Positions 54,960-64,000 of a DNA stretch of 64,000 nt are shown here, one piece after another. Both the position numbers and the translations under genes were made by a program. The DNA is from an uncultured candidatus Porisulfidus sp. (lineage in GTDB: Bacteria; Pseudomonadota; Gammaproteobacteria; Poriferisulfidales; Poriferisulfidaceae): positions 384,001 to 448,000 of the forward strand of contig OZ241993.1 of the NCBI GenBank assembly GCA_965204575.1, given 5' to 3'. The stretch's first letter is position 1. Each line of letters starts with the position of its first letter. The notes beneath the pieces were generated by a model. It searched no databases and was not told the origin of the DNA. It saw nothing but the letters and a program-made list of their open reading frames with translations.

Positions 54960-56327
54960 ATGGGAACCGAAGCTGTCATTCTTGCCGGAGGCGTCGGCAA
55001 ACGCCTAGCGCAAGCCGTACCGAAACCCCTGCTCGACCTGTGCGGAAAGCCCCTGCTCGGGCACGTCATGGAAACGGCCGCGGCCGTGGCGGACAAGATC
55101 CATGTCGTGTACGGCCCTCCGTTGGCGGAGCCGCTCGCCGGGCTGGAAGAGACGTCTTCGATTCCGTTCGCGTCTCACCTGCAGCCTGAGCCCCGCGGCA
55201 CGGCCGACGCGCTCGGCTGCGCTCTCCCGGCGATAGAAGATTCCGCCACCGTGATCGTGCTGTGCGCGGATGTCCCGCTGCTGCAACCCGGCACCCTCGC
55301 TCAACTGCTGTCCGCCCGCCCCGAGACCGGCCTCGCGCTTCTGACCATGCGCCAGAACGGCAGCCAGCTTGGGCGGATCGTGCGCGGCGACGACGGGCAG
55401 GTCCTCGCCATCCGGGAGCACGCCGACGCCACGGAAGAGGAACGCGGCATCGACGAGTGCAACACCGGCGTGATGGCGGCAAGCGCGGGGCAGTTCCGTG
55501 AATGGTGCGCCCGCGTCACCGACCGCAACGCCCAGGGAGAGTTCTACCTGACCGACTGCATCGCCGAAGCGGTGCAAGACGGAATCCCCATCGAAACCCG
55601 GGAATGCAACCCGATTGAGGGCCTCGGCGTCAACACGATGCGGGAATTCGCCGTGGTGGCGGAACATTGGCAGCAGCAGGCGCGCGAGCGGCTGATGGCG
55701 CAAGGCGCCCTGATGGAAGCACCCGATACGGTTTGGCTGTCGGCGGGAGTGATGCTGGAAGAAGATGCGACGGTTCGCATCGGGCCGCATGTCGTATTTC
55801 GGGAGTCGGCCCGACTGGCTGATGGAGCCAATATCGGACCGTACACGCTGCTGAGAAACTGCAGAATCGGCGCCGGCACCGAGATCGAGCCTTTCACCGT
55901 CATAGAGGAAGCCCAGGTCGGAGCCCGTTGCCGCATCGGGCCCTATGCGCGAATCCGCCCGGAAACCGAACTGGCCGAAGGCGTGCAAATCGGGAATTTC
56001 GTCGAAGTCAAGAAGTCCAGGATCGGAGAACGCACCAAGATCAACCACTTGTCGTACGTCGGCGACAGCGAGGTCGGCCGCGGCGTCAACCTCGGGGCGG
56101 GCACCATCACCTGCAACTACGACGGAGCGCAAAAACATGCAACCGTAATCGGGGACGACGTCTTCGTGGGGTCTGGTACCCAGCTGATTGCCCCGGTCAC
56201 CATTGGTGCGGGTGCGACCATCGGTGCCGGCTCGACCATCACCCGGGATACCCCTCCCGGAGAACTGACCCTGTCACGCAGCGAACAGAAAACGCTTCAG
56301 GGCTGGAAGCGGCCACGGAAAGGCTAA
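54960..56327 (+). CDS. glmU: Bifunctional GlmU
   Basis: EFYLTD, GNFVEVKK, HLSYVGD, CNYDG. Confidence 0.97.
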   Translation: MGTEAVILAGGVGKRLAQAVPKPLLDLCGKPLLGHVMETAAAVADKIHVVYGPPLAEPLAGLEETSSIPFASHLQPEPRGTADALGCALPAIEDSATVIVLCADVPLLQPGTLAQLLSARPETGLALLTMRQNGSQLGRIVRGDDGQVLAIREHADATEEERGIDECNTGVMAASAGQFREWCARVTDRNAQGEFYLTDCIAEAVQDGIPIETRECNPIEGLGVNTMREFAVVAEHWQQQARERLMAQGALMEAPDTVWLSAGVMLEEDATVRIGPHVVFRESARLADGANIGPYTLLRNCRIGAGTEIEPFTVIEEAQVGARCRIGPYARIRPETELAEGVQIGNFVEVKKSRIGERTKINHLSYVGDSEVGRGVNLGAGTITCNYDGAQKHATVIGDDVFVGSGTQLIAPVTIGAGATIGAGSTITRDTPPGELTLSRSEQKTLQGWKRPRKG

Positions 56328-56375
56328 AACGATCAAGTTGCAAACAAGCTCATTGATTCCGGGGCAATGAAATTA

Positions 56376-56408
56376 TTGACATATGTTGTCAATTATGACA
56401 ACATATGT
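56376..56408 (+). promoter_or_regulatory. TA operator: perfect 13-bp IR overlapping a TTGACA -35
   Basis: ACATATGTTGTCA-ATTA-TGACAACATATGT (56379-56408). Confidence 0.75.
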
Positions 56409-56764
56409 ACATGGAACGTGATACGAGACCGATTGGATGGGTTCGAGCGGCACGAAAAGTGTATGAAAGGTTCCCCATAGCGGTTCGAGATCGCGTCAAT
56501 ATTGCCTTAACTATTGCTGCCGAAGGCTCAAAAGCGGATATCGCCAAACCCCTTAAAGGTCTTGGGTCGGGCATTATGGAGATAGCGGCACGCTACCGAA
56601 CAGATGCATATCGTGTTGTCTATACCACTAAGATTGCTGGAATGCTGTGGGTAATCCACGCATTTCAAAAAAAATCTAAAATAGGAGTACGAGCCCCGAA
56701 GGCGGAAATCGACCTTGTCCGAGAGCGGCTGAAGCAATTGAAAAGGGAGTTTCCCCAGCAATAA
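56405..56764 (+). CDS. RelE/HigB-like (Gp49) toxin
   Basis: KPLKGLGSG..EI, AYRVVY, HAFQKKS. Confidence 0.9.
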   Translation: MYMERDTRPIGWVRAARKVYERFPIAVRDRVNIALTIAAEGSKADIAKPLKGLGSGIMEIAARYRTDAYRVVYTTKIAGMLWVIHAFQKKSKIGVRAPKAEIDLVRERLKQLKREFPQQ

Positions 56765-56790
56765 GGTGATGAAAATTGCGGAGAGTGAAT

Positions 56791-57123
56791 ATGGACGATG
56801 ACAAACTAGAGGTTACCCATGGGAGCGGAAATGTTTTCCGCGACTTTGGTGATCCTTACGCAGACCTGAAACAGGCCAAGGCTATTCTTGCAGCCCAGAT
56901 CATCTCGGTGCTGGACGAACGTAGCCTGTCGGTGCGCAAGGCAGCAAACATGACTAGCTTTGCTGCAGCAGACTTCTCCCGTGTCCGCAGTGCAGACCTA
57001 GGACGTTTTACTTTAGATAGATTAATGAAAATGCTTGTAGCCTTGGATAGCGAAGTTAGAGTCACTGTTCACATTGGCACAGGATCAGCAGAAGAAACAC
57101 CCATACCTAACCCTGCCCAGTGA
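56791..57123 (+). CDS. XRE/HigA-like HTH antitoxin
   Basis: GSGNVFRDFG, ADFSR, FTLDRL. Confidence 0.88.
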   Translation: MDDDKLEVTHGSGNVFRDFGDPYADLKQAKAILAAQIISVLDERSLSVRKAANMTSFAAADFSRVRSADLGRFTLDRLMKMLVALDSEVRVTVHIGTGSAEETPIPNPAQ

Positions 57124-57160
57124 CTGGATCTAGGAAAGTAGGACCGCTTAGGAAAGACTA

Positions 57161-58996
57161 ATGTGTGGAATCGTCGGTGCAGCGGCCCGTCAGGACGTGA
57201 CATCCGCGTTGCTGGAAGGCCTGAAACGTCTGGAATACCGGGGTTATGACTCCGCCGGAATCGCAGTGCTCAACGACCATGGCCTGCAGCGTCTGCGTTG
57301 CAACGGCAAGGTCGCTGAACTGGTGCAGGAAACCGAATCGACCGGCCTGAGCGGACAGGTCGGCATCGCGCATACCCGCTGGGCCACCCATGGCGCACCC
57401 TCAGACCGAAACGCGCACCCCCACGTGGCCGGCACGGACGGGCGTATTGCCGTCGTGCACAACGGGATCATCGAAAACCATGCCGCCCTGAGAAAGCAGC
57501 AGCAAGACCGGGGAATCACGCACGACTCGGACACCGATTCCGAAATCCTGGCTTGCCAGATTGCCGGGCACCTAAGCGCACAGAATGGCCTGATCGATGC
57601 GGTTCGGGCGGCCGTGGACGAAGTGGAAGGAAGCTTCGCGTTCGGCGTGATCGACCGCGAGGACCCAGAGCGGATCATCGGTGCCCGCCGTGGCAGTCCC
57701 CTGGTCGTGGGGCATGGCGACAGCGGTTACTACCTGGCTTCCGACCCGCTGGCGCTGGCGGAAGTCTCATCCCGGTACTGCCTGCTGCAGAACGGCGACA
57801 TCGTGATGATCAGCGAAGGGGAAGCCGTGGTCTGGAACGGGAGCGAGACGGTGGCCCGGGAGTGGCGGGAATTCCAGGACACGGAGGTGGAAAGCGGGCT
57901 CGGCGACTACGAGCACCATATGCAGAAGGAAATCTTCGAGCAGCCGGATGCCGTGGCGCAGACGCTGGAAGGAAGAATCGAGACCGGGCGGGTCGACGAC
58001 GGGATTCTCGGCCCGGACGCCGGTGCCATCCTCGATGCAACCCGCGCCGTGCAGATCGCCGCCTGCGGAACCAGCTATCACGCCGCACTGGTGGCGCGCC
58101 ACTGGCTTGAACGGCATGCGGGAATCCACTGCCGAGTCGAGATCGCCAGCGAATTCCGCTACCGCCAGCATGCCCAGGATCCCGACACCCTGTTCATCGC
58201 CATCTCCCAGTCCGGAGAAACGGCAGACACCCTGGCGGCACTGGAGATGGCGAATCAGGACCCGAACTACCACGCAACCCTGGCGATCTGCAACGTCGCG
58301 CACAGTTCCATGGTCCAGGAATCCGACCTGACCCTGCTGACCCACGCCGGGCCCGAGATCGGAGTGGCCTCCACCAAGGCTTTCGTCACGCAGTTGGCTG
58401 CGCTGATGCTGGTGGTGATCCTGCTCGGCCGACGCCGGGCATTAACCGCCGAGGCGGAATCGGACCTGGTCGCACAGTTGGCCAACCTGCCGACCCGGAT
58501 CGGCCGGGCGCTCGAACTGGATGCAGGAATCGCAGACTTGTCGAAACAATTCGCGAACCGGCATCACGCATTGTTCCTGGGCCGGGGTTCGCACTACCCG
58601 ATTGCGATGGAAGGCGCCCTGAAACTGAAGGAGATCTCTTATATCCATGCCGAGGCTTATGCCGCCGGCGAGCTCAAGCACGGTCCGCTGGCACTGGTGG
58701 ACGAGGACATGCCCGTGGTGGCGGTCGCACCGAACAATCGCCTGCTGGAGAAGCTCAAGAGCAACCTGGAAGAAGTGCGCGCGCGGGGGGGACGCTTGTA
58801 CGTATTCGCGGACCGGCGTTCAGGATTCCAGAGTGACGACCTGATGACCGTGTTCGAACTGGATGCGCCGGAAAACGCGGTGGCGCCGATACTGTTTACG
58901 GTCCCGCTGCAGTTGCTGGCATACCACTGCGCCAAAATCAAAGGGACCGATATCGACCAGCCCCGCAACCTTGCGAAATCGGTCACGGTTGAATGA
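57161..58996 (+). CDS. glmS: Glutamine-fructose-6-phosphate transaminase
   Basis: MCGIVG, HTRWATHG, PRNLAKSVTVE. Confidence 0.99.
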   Translation: MCGIVGAAARQDVTSALLEGLKRLEYRGYDSAGIAVLNDHGLQRLRCNGKVAELVQETESTGLSGQVGIAHTRWATHGAPSDRNAHPHVAGTDGRIAVVHNGIIENHAALRKQQQDRGITHDSDTDSEILACQIAGHLSAQNGLIDAVRAAVDEVEGSFAFGVIDREDPERIIGARRGSPLVVGHGDSGYYLASDPLALAEVSSRYCLLQNGDIVMISEGEAVVWNGSETVAREWREFQDTEVESGLGDYEHHMQKEIFEQPDAVAQTLEGRIETGRVDDGILGPDAGAILDATRAVQIAACGTSYHAALVARHWLERHAGIHCRVEIASEFRYRQHAQDPDTLFIAISQSGETADTLAALEMANQDPNYHATLAICNVAHSSMVQESDLTLLTHAGPEIGVASTKAFVTQLAALMLVVILLGRRRALTAEAESDLVAQLANLPTRIGRALELDAGIADLSKQFANRHHALFLGRGSHYPIAMEGALKLKEISYIHAEAYAAGELKHGPLALVDEDMPVVAVAPNNRLLEKLKSNLEEVRARGGRLYVFADRRSGFQSDDLMTVFELDAPENAVAPILFTVPLQLLAYHCAKIKGTDIDQPRNLAKSVTVE

Positions 58997-59457
58997 TCGG
59001 CAAGGAAATGCTGGACACCAAAATCCCTCCACCGATTGTCGCCATACTCATTGGCGTCTGCATCTATTTTTCACGGGACTGGCTGCCGCAGTTTGACTCC
59101 GGCTACCTCTTCTATGTGGGACTCGGCTGTGAACTTTTGGCCGTCGTGATCAACCTCACGGCTATCTTTTCCTTCATCAAGAACAAAACCACGATCAATC
59201 CGGTAAAACCTCATGCCGCGACCTCACTGGTGACTTCCGGGGCATTTACATTTTCCCGGAACCCCATGTACCTGGGGCTGCTGCTGTTCCTTTTCGGTTT
59301 TGCGCTTCAGGTCAACATCGTCGGAGGGGTGCCGCTGTTGGTTCTTTTCGTCCTCTACCTGAACGCGTTTCAAATCCTCCCCGAGGAGCGTGCCATGCTG
59401 GAGGTTTTTGGAGATGAATACCGGGAATATATGAAAAAAGTCAGAAGGTGGATATAG
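58993..59457 (+). CDS. ICMT/PEMT-like membrane methyltransferase
   Basis: TTINP, SRNPMYLG, PEE..FG..Y..Y..VRRWI. Confidence 0.9.
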   Translation: MIGKEMLDTKIPPPIVAILIGVCIYFSRDWLPQFDSGYLFYVGLGCELLAVVINLTAIFSFIKNKTTINPVKPHAATSLVTSGAFTFSRNPMYLGLLLFLFGFALQVNIVGGVPLLVLFVLYLNAFQILPEERAMLEVFGDEYREYMKKVRRWI

Positions 59458-60770
59458 GGAACGCACGAAAGTTGACAAACAGGGAGCCTTGAAGACAATC
59501 TTCCCATGAAAGTCCTCCGCACCGTCCGCTACCGCCTGCATCCGGGTTCTGCAAGAAAGAATCAGCAACTACACGGCACCGCCGGGGCCTGCCGCTTCGT
59601 CTGGAACCACATGGTCGGGAAGCTCAGAGACGAGTACGAATTCGGTATCAAGCCGGACTTTCGCCACTATTCCCTGTGTCATGTCTTCACCATCATGCGG
59701 AGGGAGGACGGCACGACGAAGTGGTTGCAGGGCTATTCGTCAAAAGTGGTCAGGGTCTCTCTAAAGCCCATCGAGACGACCTACAAGGAGTTCTTCAAGG
59801 ATTTGAAAACCGGCGGCAAACTGAATCGGAAGCGCCCGCAATTCCATGGCAAGTACGCTGTCGCACCTTCGTTTCCGGTGAATTACGAATGCGCGAAGGT
59901 AGCGGGAGAAAGCCTGTACGTGCAGAAGGTCGGTTGGATGAAGATGGTCGGAAACAACCCGTACCCGGACGGCGAGTTCAAGTCCGGGCGGATCAAGTAC
60001 GAATGTGGCAAGTGGTACGCCTACCTGGCCTATGAAGTTCAGGCGGAAGCCAGTCTCCCCCACGCCATCAAGGAAGTCGGCATCGACCGCAACGTGAACG
60101 CGGATGGGTGGGCGGTATTGTCGGACGGCACGAAGCATCCGGGCCCGGACTTGGAACGCAAGGTGGCACGGCGCAAACGATACCAGCGCAAGATGGCACG
60201 GCAGACGAAGGGAAGCAACCGCAGGAAGATCACCAAGATTCGGTTACAGAGGGCGTTCCGTGCGGAACGCTTCGCCCGGTTAAACTGGGCGCACCACGTC
60301 AGCAAGGACGTGGCTTCACAGTATGACCTAGCCTACGTAGAGAAGCTGAACATCCGGGGCATGACGAAGTCGGCCAAGGGCACCAGAGAGAGACCCGGCA
60401 AGAACGTAAAAGCGAAGGCAGCCCTGAACAGAAAGATTCTCGCCTCCGCATGGGGCACGCTGGAGTTGTGCCTAGACTACAAAATGGAAGTGCACCATGT
60501 GCATCCAGCGTACACCAGCCAAACGTGCCATTTGTGCGGGCACGTCGATGAGAAAAACAGAAATGGAACAGACTTCAAGTGCACCGCTTGCGGGCACGCG
60601 GACGATGCGGACGTGAACGCCGCATTGAACATTCTGGCCTTCGGGAATGGGGCGGCTGGACGTGGAGGTGGCGACACCGGCGGGGCATCCTGCCACAGTC
60701 GGCCTGGGAAGCGTCAAGAAATGGTGAAGGTTGACGAGAAATCCTCTGCCAACTTTCATACATAATTCCC
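59457..60770 (+). mobile_element. Non-autonomous cassette with IS1595-like TIRs carrying an intact tnpB
   Basis: Left end GGGAA---CGCACGAAAGTTGACA versus right-end reverse complement GGGAATTATGTATGAAAGTTGGCA; perfect TSD TGGATATA (59449, 60771). Confidence 0.9.
59506..60765 (+). CDS. tnpB: TnpB, RuvC D-E-D intact
   Basis: GIDRN, YVEKL, CHLCG..CTACG, DADVNAALNI. Confidence 0.95.
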   Translation: MKVLRTVRYRLHPGSARKNQQLHGTAGACRFVWNHMVGKLRDEYEFGIKPDFRHYSLCHVFTIMRREDGTTKWLQGYSSKVVRVSLKPIETTYKEFFKDLKTGGKLNRKRPQFHGKYAVAPSFPVNYECAKVAGESLYVQKVGWMKMVGNNPYPDGEFKSGRIKYECGKWYAYLAYEVQAEASLPHAIKEVGIDRNVNADGWAVLSDGTKHPGPDLERKVARRKRYQRKMARQTKGSNRRKITKIRLQRAFRAERFARLNWAHHVSKDVASQYDLAYVEKLNIRGMTKSAKGTRERPGKNVKAKAALNRKILASAWGTLELCLDYKMEVHHVHPAYTSQTCHLCGHVDEKNRNGTDFKCTACGHADDADVNAALNILAFGNGAAGRGGGDTGGASCHSRPGKRQEMVKVDEKSSANFHT

Positions 60771-60791
60771 TGGATATAGGGTGAATGCCTT

Positions 60792-61475
60792 TTAGGGCGA
60801 CGGCACATACTCCCAGCTTTCGGACTGTTCTGCCGCAGCAGTTTTCTCCTCATCGGTCATCTCTTCTTCTATGCCCCGGATCAAATCTCGGATCTCCTTC
60901 CGCGTGATCGCGCACTGCGCATGGCTCGTTTCGCGATAAAGCGTCCGGGAGTCCGTATCACATGCCTCGATCATCTTGAATTCCGAGAGTTTCCGTACAT
61001 TGTCGGCAAGCAGCCAGGCGCGAATGATGTCGTAGCGTACGCCACTGCCTTTCCAGTAATGGTGGGCAAGAAAATAGCGGGCAGCCAAAGCATCGTCCCA
61101 CTGCCGGAAGAACCCGCGCCGGTTGGACAATCCAACCAGGATCGCAAGACCCATGCCGTCCCGTTCGGCAAACTGACCCGCCGCCTTCCGGTACCAGTCG
61201 ACCGCTGCCGCATCATCCTGCGCCACGCCTTCGCCCAGTTCGTGGAACATCCCCATCCGCAACTGCGCCCACGGGAACCCTTTTTCCGCGGCCTCCCGGG
61301 CGATCGCCAGCGCCGACTCCATCTCGTCCTCACGCCACAGGATATCGACCTCCGCCTCACCGGGATTGGCTTCCAGCGCCCGCGCAGGCGCCTCCATGAC
61401 TCCGGCGGTGCAACCCGCCGCCAGTGACGCCCAAAGCATCAGGAGAATTGTTCGGGATCCTGGAGACGCGGACAT
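60792..61475 (-). CDS. Sel1-like repeat lipoprotein
   Basis: LAAGC lipobox; AQ..G..G.GVAQD..A..WY.KAA.Q. Confidence 0.85.
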   Translation of the reverse strand: MSASPGSRTILLMLWASLAAGCTAGVMEAPARALEANPGEAEVDILWREDEMESALAIAREAAEKGFPWAQLRMGMFHELGEGVAQDDAAAVDWYRKAAGQFAERDGMGLAILVGLSNRRGFFRQWDDALAARYFLAHHYWKGSGVRYDIIRAWLLADNVRKLSEFKMIEACDTDSRTLYRETSHAQCAITRKEIRDLIRGIEEEMTDEEKTAAAEQSESWEYVPSP

Positions 61476-61514
61476 GATTGTTCGGGCAGGAAATGCCCGG
61501 GGCCGAATGGAGGG

Positions 61515-61943
61515 CTAACTCCGGTAAGCCTGTTCGATGGCCTCTTGCCGGTTCTTCTCTTCTGCGCTGAATGCGGCAGTGGGGCGAAGCAGCAGACGTT
61601 CGATTCCGATCGGCGCGCCGGTCGCCTCGCAATAACCGTAAGAGCCGTCTTCGATCCGGCGAAGCGCTTCTTCGATCTTTGGCAACAACTTCGAGTCCCG
61701 GTTGAGCGCACGTACCTTCAGGTTGATGTCTTCCTCGACAGAGGCACGATCCAGCTCGTCGCATTCCCGGTGCTCTTCGGACAACTCCGCCTTGGCGCGT
61801 TCCAGCCGAACGCCCAATTCCTTGCGCAGATCAAGCAGGCGCTGCCGGAAGAATTCCAGCTGATCGCCGTTCATGTAATCCTTGCGCGGCGCACGAAGCA
61901 GTTGCTTTTCAGTAAGCATTTTCAAGACTCTTCCCGTGCTCAT
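61515..61943 (-). CDS. dksA: RNA polymerase-binding protein DksA (single-Cys type)
   Basis: YMN..QL.FFR, DELDRAS, YGYCEATG..IG..RL..RPTA. Confidence 0.93.
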   Translation of the reverse strand: MSTGRVLKMLTEKQLLRAPRKDYMNGDQLEFFRQRLLDLRKELGVRLERAKAELSEEHRECDELDRASVEEDINLKVRALNRDSKLLPKIEEALRRIEDGSYGYCEATGAPIGIERLLLRPTAAFSAEEKNRQEAIEQAYRS

Positions 61944-62022
61944 GAAATCAATAGTTTTATAGCCGGTGTCTATTTTACTTGTTGCCGCGGTCCGCGCAAA
62001 ATGCCTCCCGGCGGAGAAGCCT

Positions 62023-62595
62023 TCAGGCTACCGCCTCTGTTCCCTGAGGCCGCAGCAGCGCAGCTTCCACTTCCACGCGCACCTCGTGCCCCTCAAGCCT
62101 TTCAATCAGGGCCAGCGCGAAGTCCATGGCCGTGCCGGGACCGCGCGAGGTGATGACCGGGCCGTCGACCTCCACCGGCGAACCGGTGAACACGACTTCG
62201 CCGTAATCTTCCGCATTGATGCAGCCCGGGTAGCAGGTCGCCTTGCGTCCGTCCAGCAGGCGGCTGCTTGCCAGGACTTTTGGAGCCGCGCAGATTGCCG
62301 CCACAGTGCGATCCTGGTCGACTTGGCTTCGAAGCAATTCGTGAATGCGGGGATCCGCGTCCAGGTAATCAGCCCCGGGCAGGCCGCCGGGGAGCACCAC
62401 CATGTCGAAGGTTTCGCCCATCGCCTCGTCGAGCGTCGTGTCCGGGACAAGCCTTGTCCCGCGCGAGGCCGTGACCGCGCCATCGCCCAGGCCAGCAGTG
62501 ACGACTTCGACCCCCGCACGGCGGAGAAGGTCGATCAGGGTGACCGCTTCAAGTTCTTCGCAACCATCCGCCAGCGGAATCAGGACCCGGCTCAT
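62023..62595 (-). CDS. DJ-1/ThiJ (YajL) family protein
   Basis: EELEAV, LPGG.PG, AICAAP, TSRGPGT. Confidence 0.93.
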   Translation of the reverse strand: MSRVLIPLADGCEELEAVTLIDLLRRAGVEVVTAGLGDGAVTASRGTRLVPDTTLDEAMGETFDMVVLPGGLPGADYLDADPRIHELLRSQVDQDRTVAAICAAPKVLASSRLLDGRKATCYPGCINAEDYGEVVFTGSPVEVDGPVITSRGPGTAMDFALALIERLEGHEVRVEVEAALLRPQGTEAVA

Positions 62596-63845
62596 TGGGA
62601 GCGGGCCTCCTGCTGGCTTTGCCTCAACTTGCCGTGCTTGAGCAACTCGAGCGCAGACTGCACCTGGTTATCCTCAAGGATCGTTTCTTTAATCGACGGG
62701 TTTGATTTATCCGATTCGTCTTTCTCCGGCGCGACGAACTCCACCTCGTAGTCCGGCTCGATCCCTTTCTCATGGATCGTCTGTCCGGACGGCGTGTAGT
62801 AGCGCGCCGTGGTCAACTTGAGCGCGGCATTCTGGTTGTTCAGCGGCACCAGGGTCTGCACCGATCCCTTGCCGAACGTTTGCGTGCCGAGCAACTTCGC
62901 CCGTCCGTTGTCCCGCAAGGCGCCGGCCACGATTTCTGAGGCCGAGGCCGATCCCCCGTTGATCAGCACGACGACCGGCACGCCACCCGTCTGATCGCCG
63001 CTGCCAGCATGTTCCTGGACGTTCGATTTCTCCGTGCGCCCTCGGGTGGAAACGATCAATTGCTTATGACTTAGGAAGGCATCCGAAATCTCGATTGCCG
63101 CAGTGAACAACCCTCCCGGGTTATTGCGAAGATCCAGGACGATCCCTTGCAGTTCATCATCCGATTCGTCCTGCAGCCGCTCCAGGTGATCCATGAAATC
63201 AGCGCTGGTGCGAAGCTGGAAGTTGCTGATGCGGAGGTAGGCATAACCGGGTTCCAAGACCTGCCCGCGCACGCTCTGCACTTTAATGATGGCCCGCGTG
63301 ATCTCCACCTCGAAAGGCTCCTCGACATCCTCGCGGGAAACGGTCAGGGTAATGGCGGTCCCGGGCTTTCCACGCATGATCTGCACGGCATCATGCAGGG
63401 TCAGGTCGTGCACCGGCTCCCCGTCCAGTTCCAGAATCATGTCGCCGCTGAGCATTCCTTCACGCTGGGCCGGCGTGTCGTCAATCGGCGAGACGACCTT
63501 GATCGCGCTGTCGTCCTTGTCCTTGGTGACCACGATGCCGAGTCCGCCGAATTCCCCGGAAGTCGTGACTTCCCAATCGTCCAGTTCTTCGCGATCCAGG
63601 TAAGTCGTGTAAGGATCGAGTTTGGAGGCCATGCCGCGCATGGCGTTTCGCATCAGGGTGCTGTCGTCGACTTCATCGACGTACTGGCGTTTGATCAGGG
63701 CGAAGGCCTCGGAAAAGTTGCGCAGTTCCTGCAGCGAGACGGATGCCTGGCTGGCCGGCTTCGCGATAACCGCGTGACCCAATGCGCCTGCAACCACCAG
63801 CAACAGGGCCGGAATCAGCAGTCCGGAAGAGGGGATTTTGGGCAT
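62592..63845 (-). CDS. ctpA: S41 carboxyl-terminal protease
   Basis: LDPYT.Y, PDZ domain, DLRNNPGG, SASASEI, FGKGSVQ. Confidence 0.95.
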   Translation of the reverse strand: MPKIPSSGLLIPALLLVVAGALGHAVIAKPASQASVSLQELRNFSEAFALIKRQYVDEVDDSTLMRNAMRGMASKLDPYTTYLDREELDDWEVTTSGEFGGLGIVVTKDKDDSAIKVVSPIDDTPAQREGMLSGDMILELDGEPVHDLTLHDAVQIMRGKPGTAITLTVSREDVEEPFEVEITRAIIKVQSVRGQVLEPGYAYLRISNFQLRTSADFMDHLERLQDESDDELQGIVLDLRNNPGGLFTAAIEISDAFLSHKQLIVSTRGRTEKSNVQEHAGSGDQTGGVPVVVLINGGSASASEIVAGALRDNGRAKLLGTQTFGKGSVQTLVPLNNQNAALKLTTARYYTPSGQTIHEKGIEPDYEVEFVAPEKDESDKSNPSIKETILEDNQVQSALELLKHGKLRQSQQEARSQ

Positions 63846-64000
63846 AATTCCTGAAAAAACGGCGGAAAAGGCATTGTAGAGCAATACTTGAATGCGTCAA
63901 ACCTCCACTTGTCGGCCCCAAGCGATAGAGAAAGCCGGTTACAAGCCGGGATGACGGCCTGAAACCAAGACAAAACTAATGGTATGTTCGAATTTTCTAA

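Noticed and set aside
58960-59030. attTn7 site at the glmS 3' end
   Set aside because: No Tn7 ends or tns genes; the ICMT gene overlaps glmS directly.
60721-60740. VKVDE after the TnpB3 scaffold resembles the IS1595 VEVDE catalytic motif
   Set aside because: Five residues only and absent from the paralogous element.
63833-63851. GGAATTATGCCCAAAATCC (minus strand) resembles the GGGAATTATG TIR
   Set aside because: It is the RBS and ATG start of ctpA, needs a gap to align, and has no partner end or TSD in view.

Overview
A GC-rich gammaproteobacterial chromosome segment; the mix of accessory genes suggests a host-associated lineage such as a sponge symbiont, but that is inference. Core genes: rpiA, cca-uppP-folM/folK/folB, tRNA-Leu(CAG), tupBCA, a polyamine-type ABC system, cysG, lspA-ileS-ribF-murJ, the atp operon, glmU-glmS, dksA and ctpA. 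These are interspersed with TA modules, an RloA/RloB-like pair, an intact ISL3 and phage remnants. Main observation: all three tnpB genes lack a tnpA and are the sole cargo of cassettes bounded by terminal inverted repeats (TIRs) and 8-bp target-site duplications (TSDs). Canonical IS200/IS605 and IS607 elements have neither feature. One cassette has ISL3-type ends that match the ISL3 in this window; it sits in the first codons of potA and supplies a new start codon. Two have GGGAATTATG ends (IS1595/ISNwi1-like), one of them between atpG and atpD. All three keep an IS605-like CGTCAA right-end motif internally, so the putative guide sequence lies inside the element. Related TIR cassettes carry a thermonuclease and probably HicBA. 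Two unannotated paralogous ~60-aa peptides with a conserved Pro-rich C-terminus lie in the murJ-atpI island.
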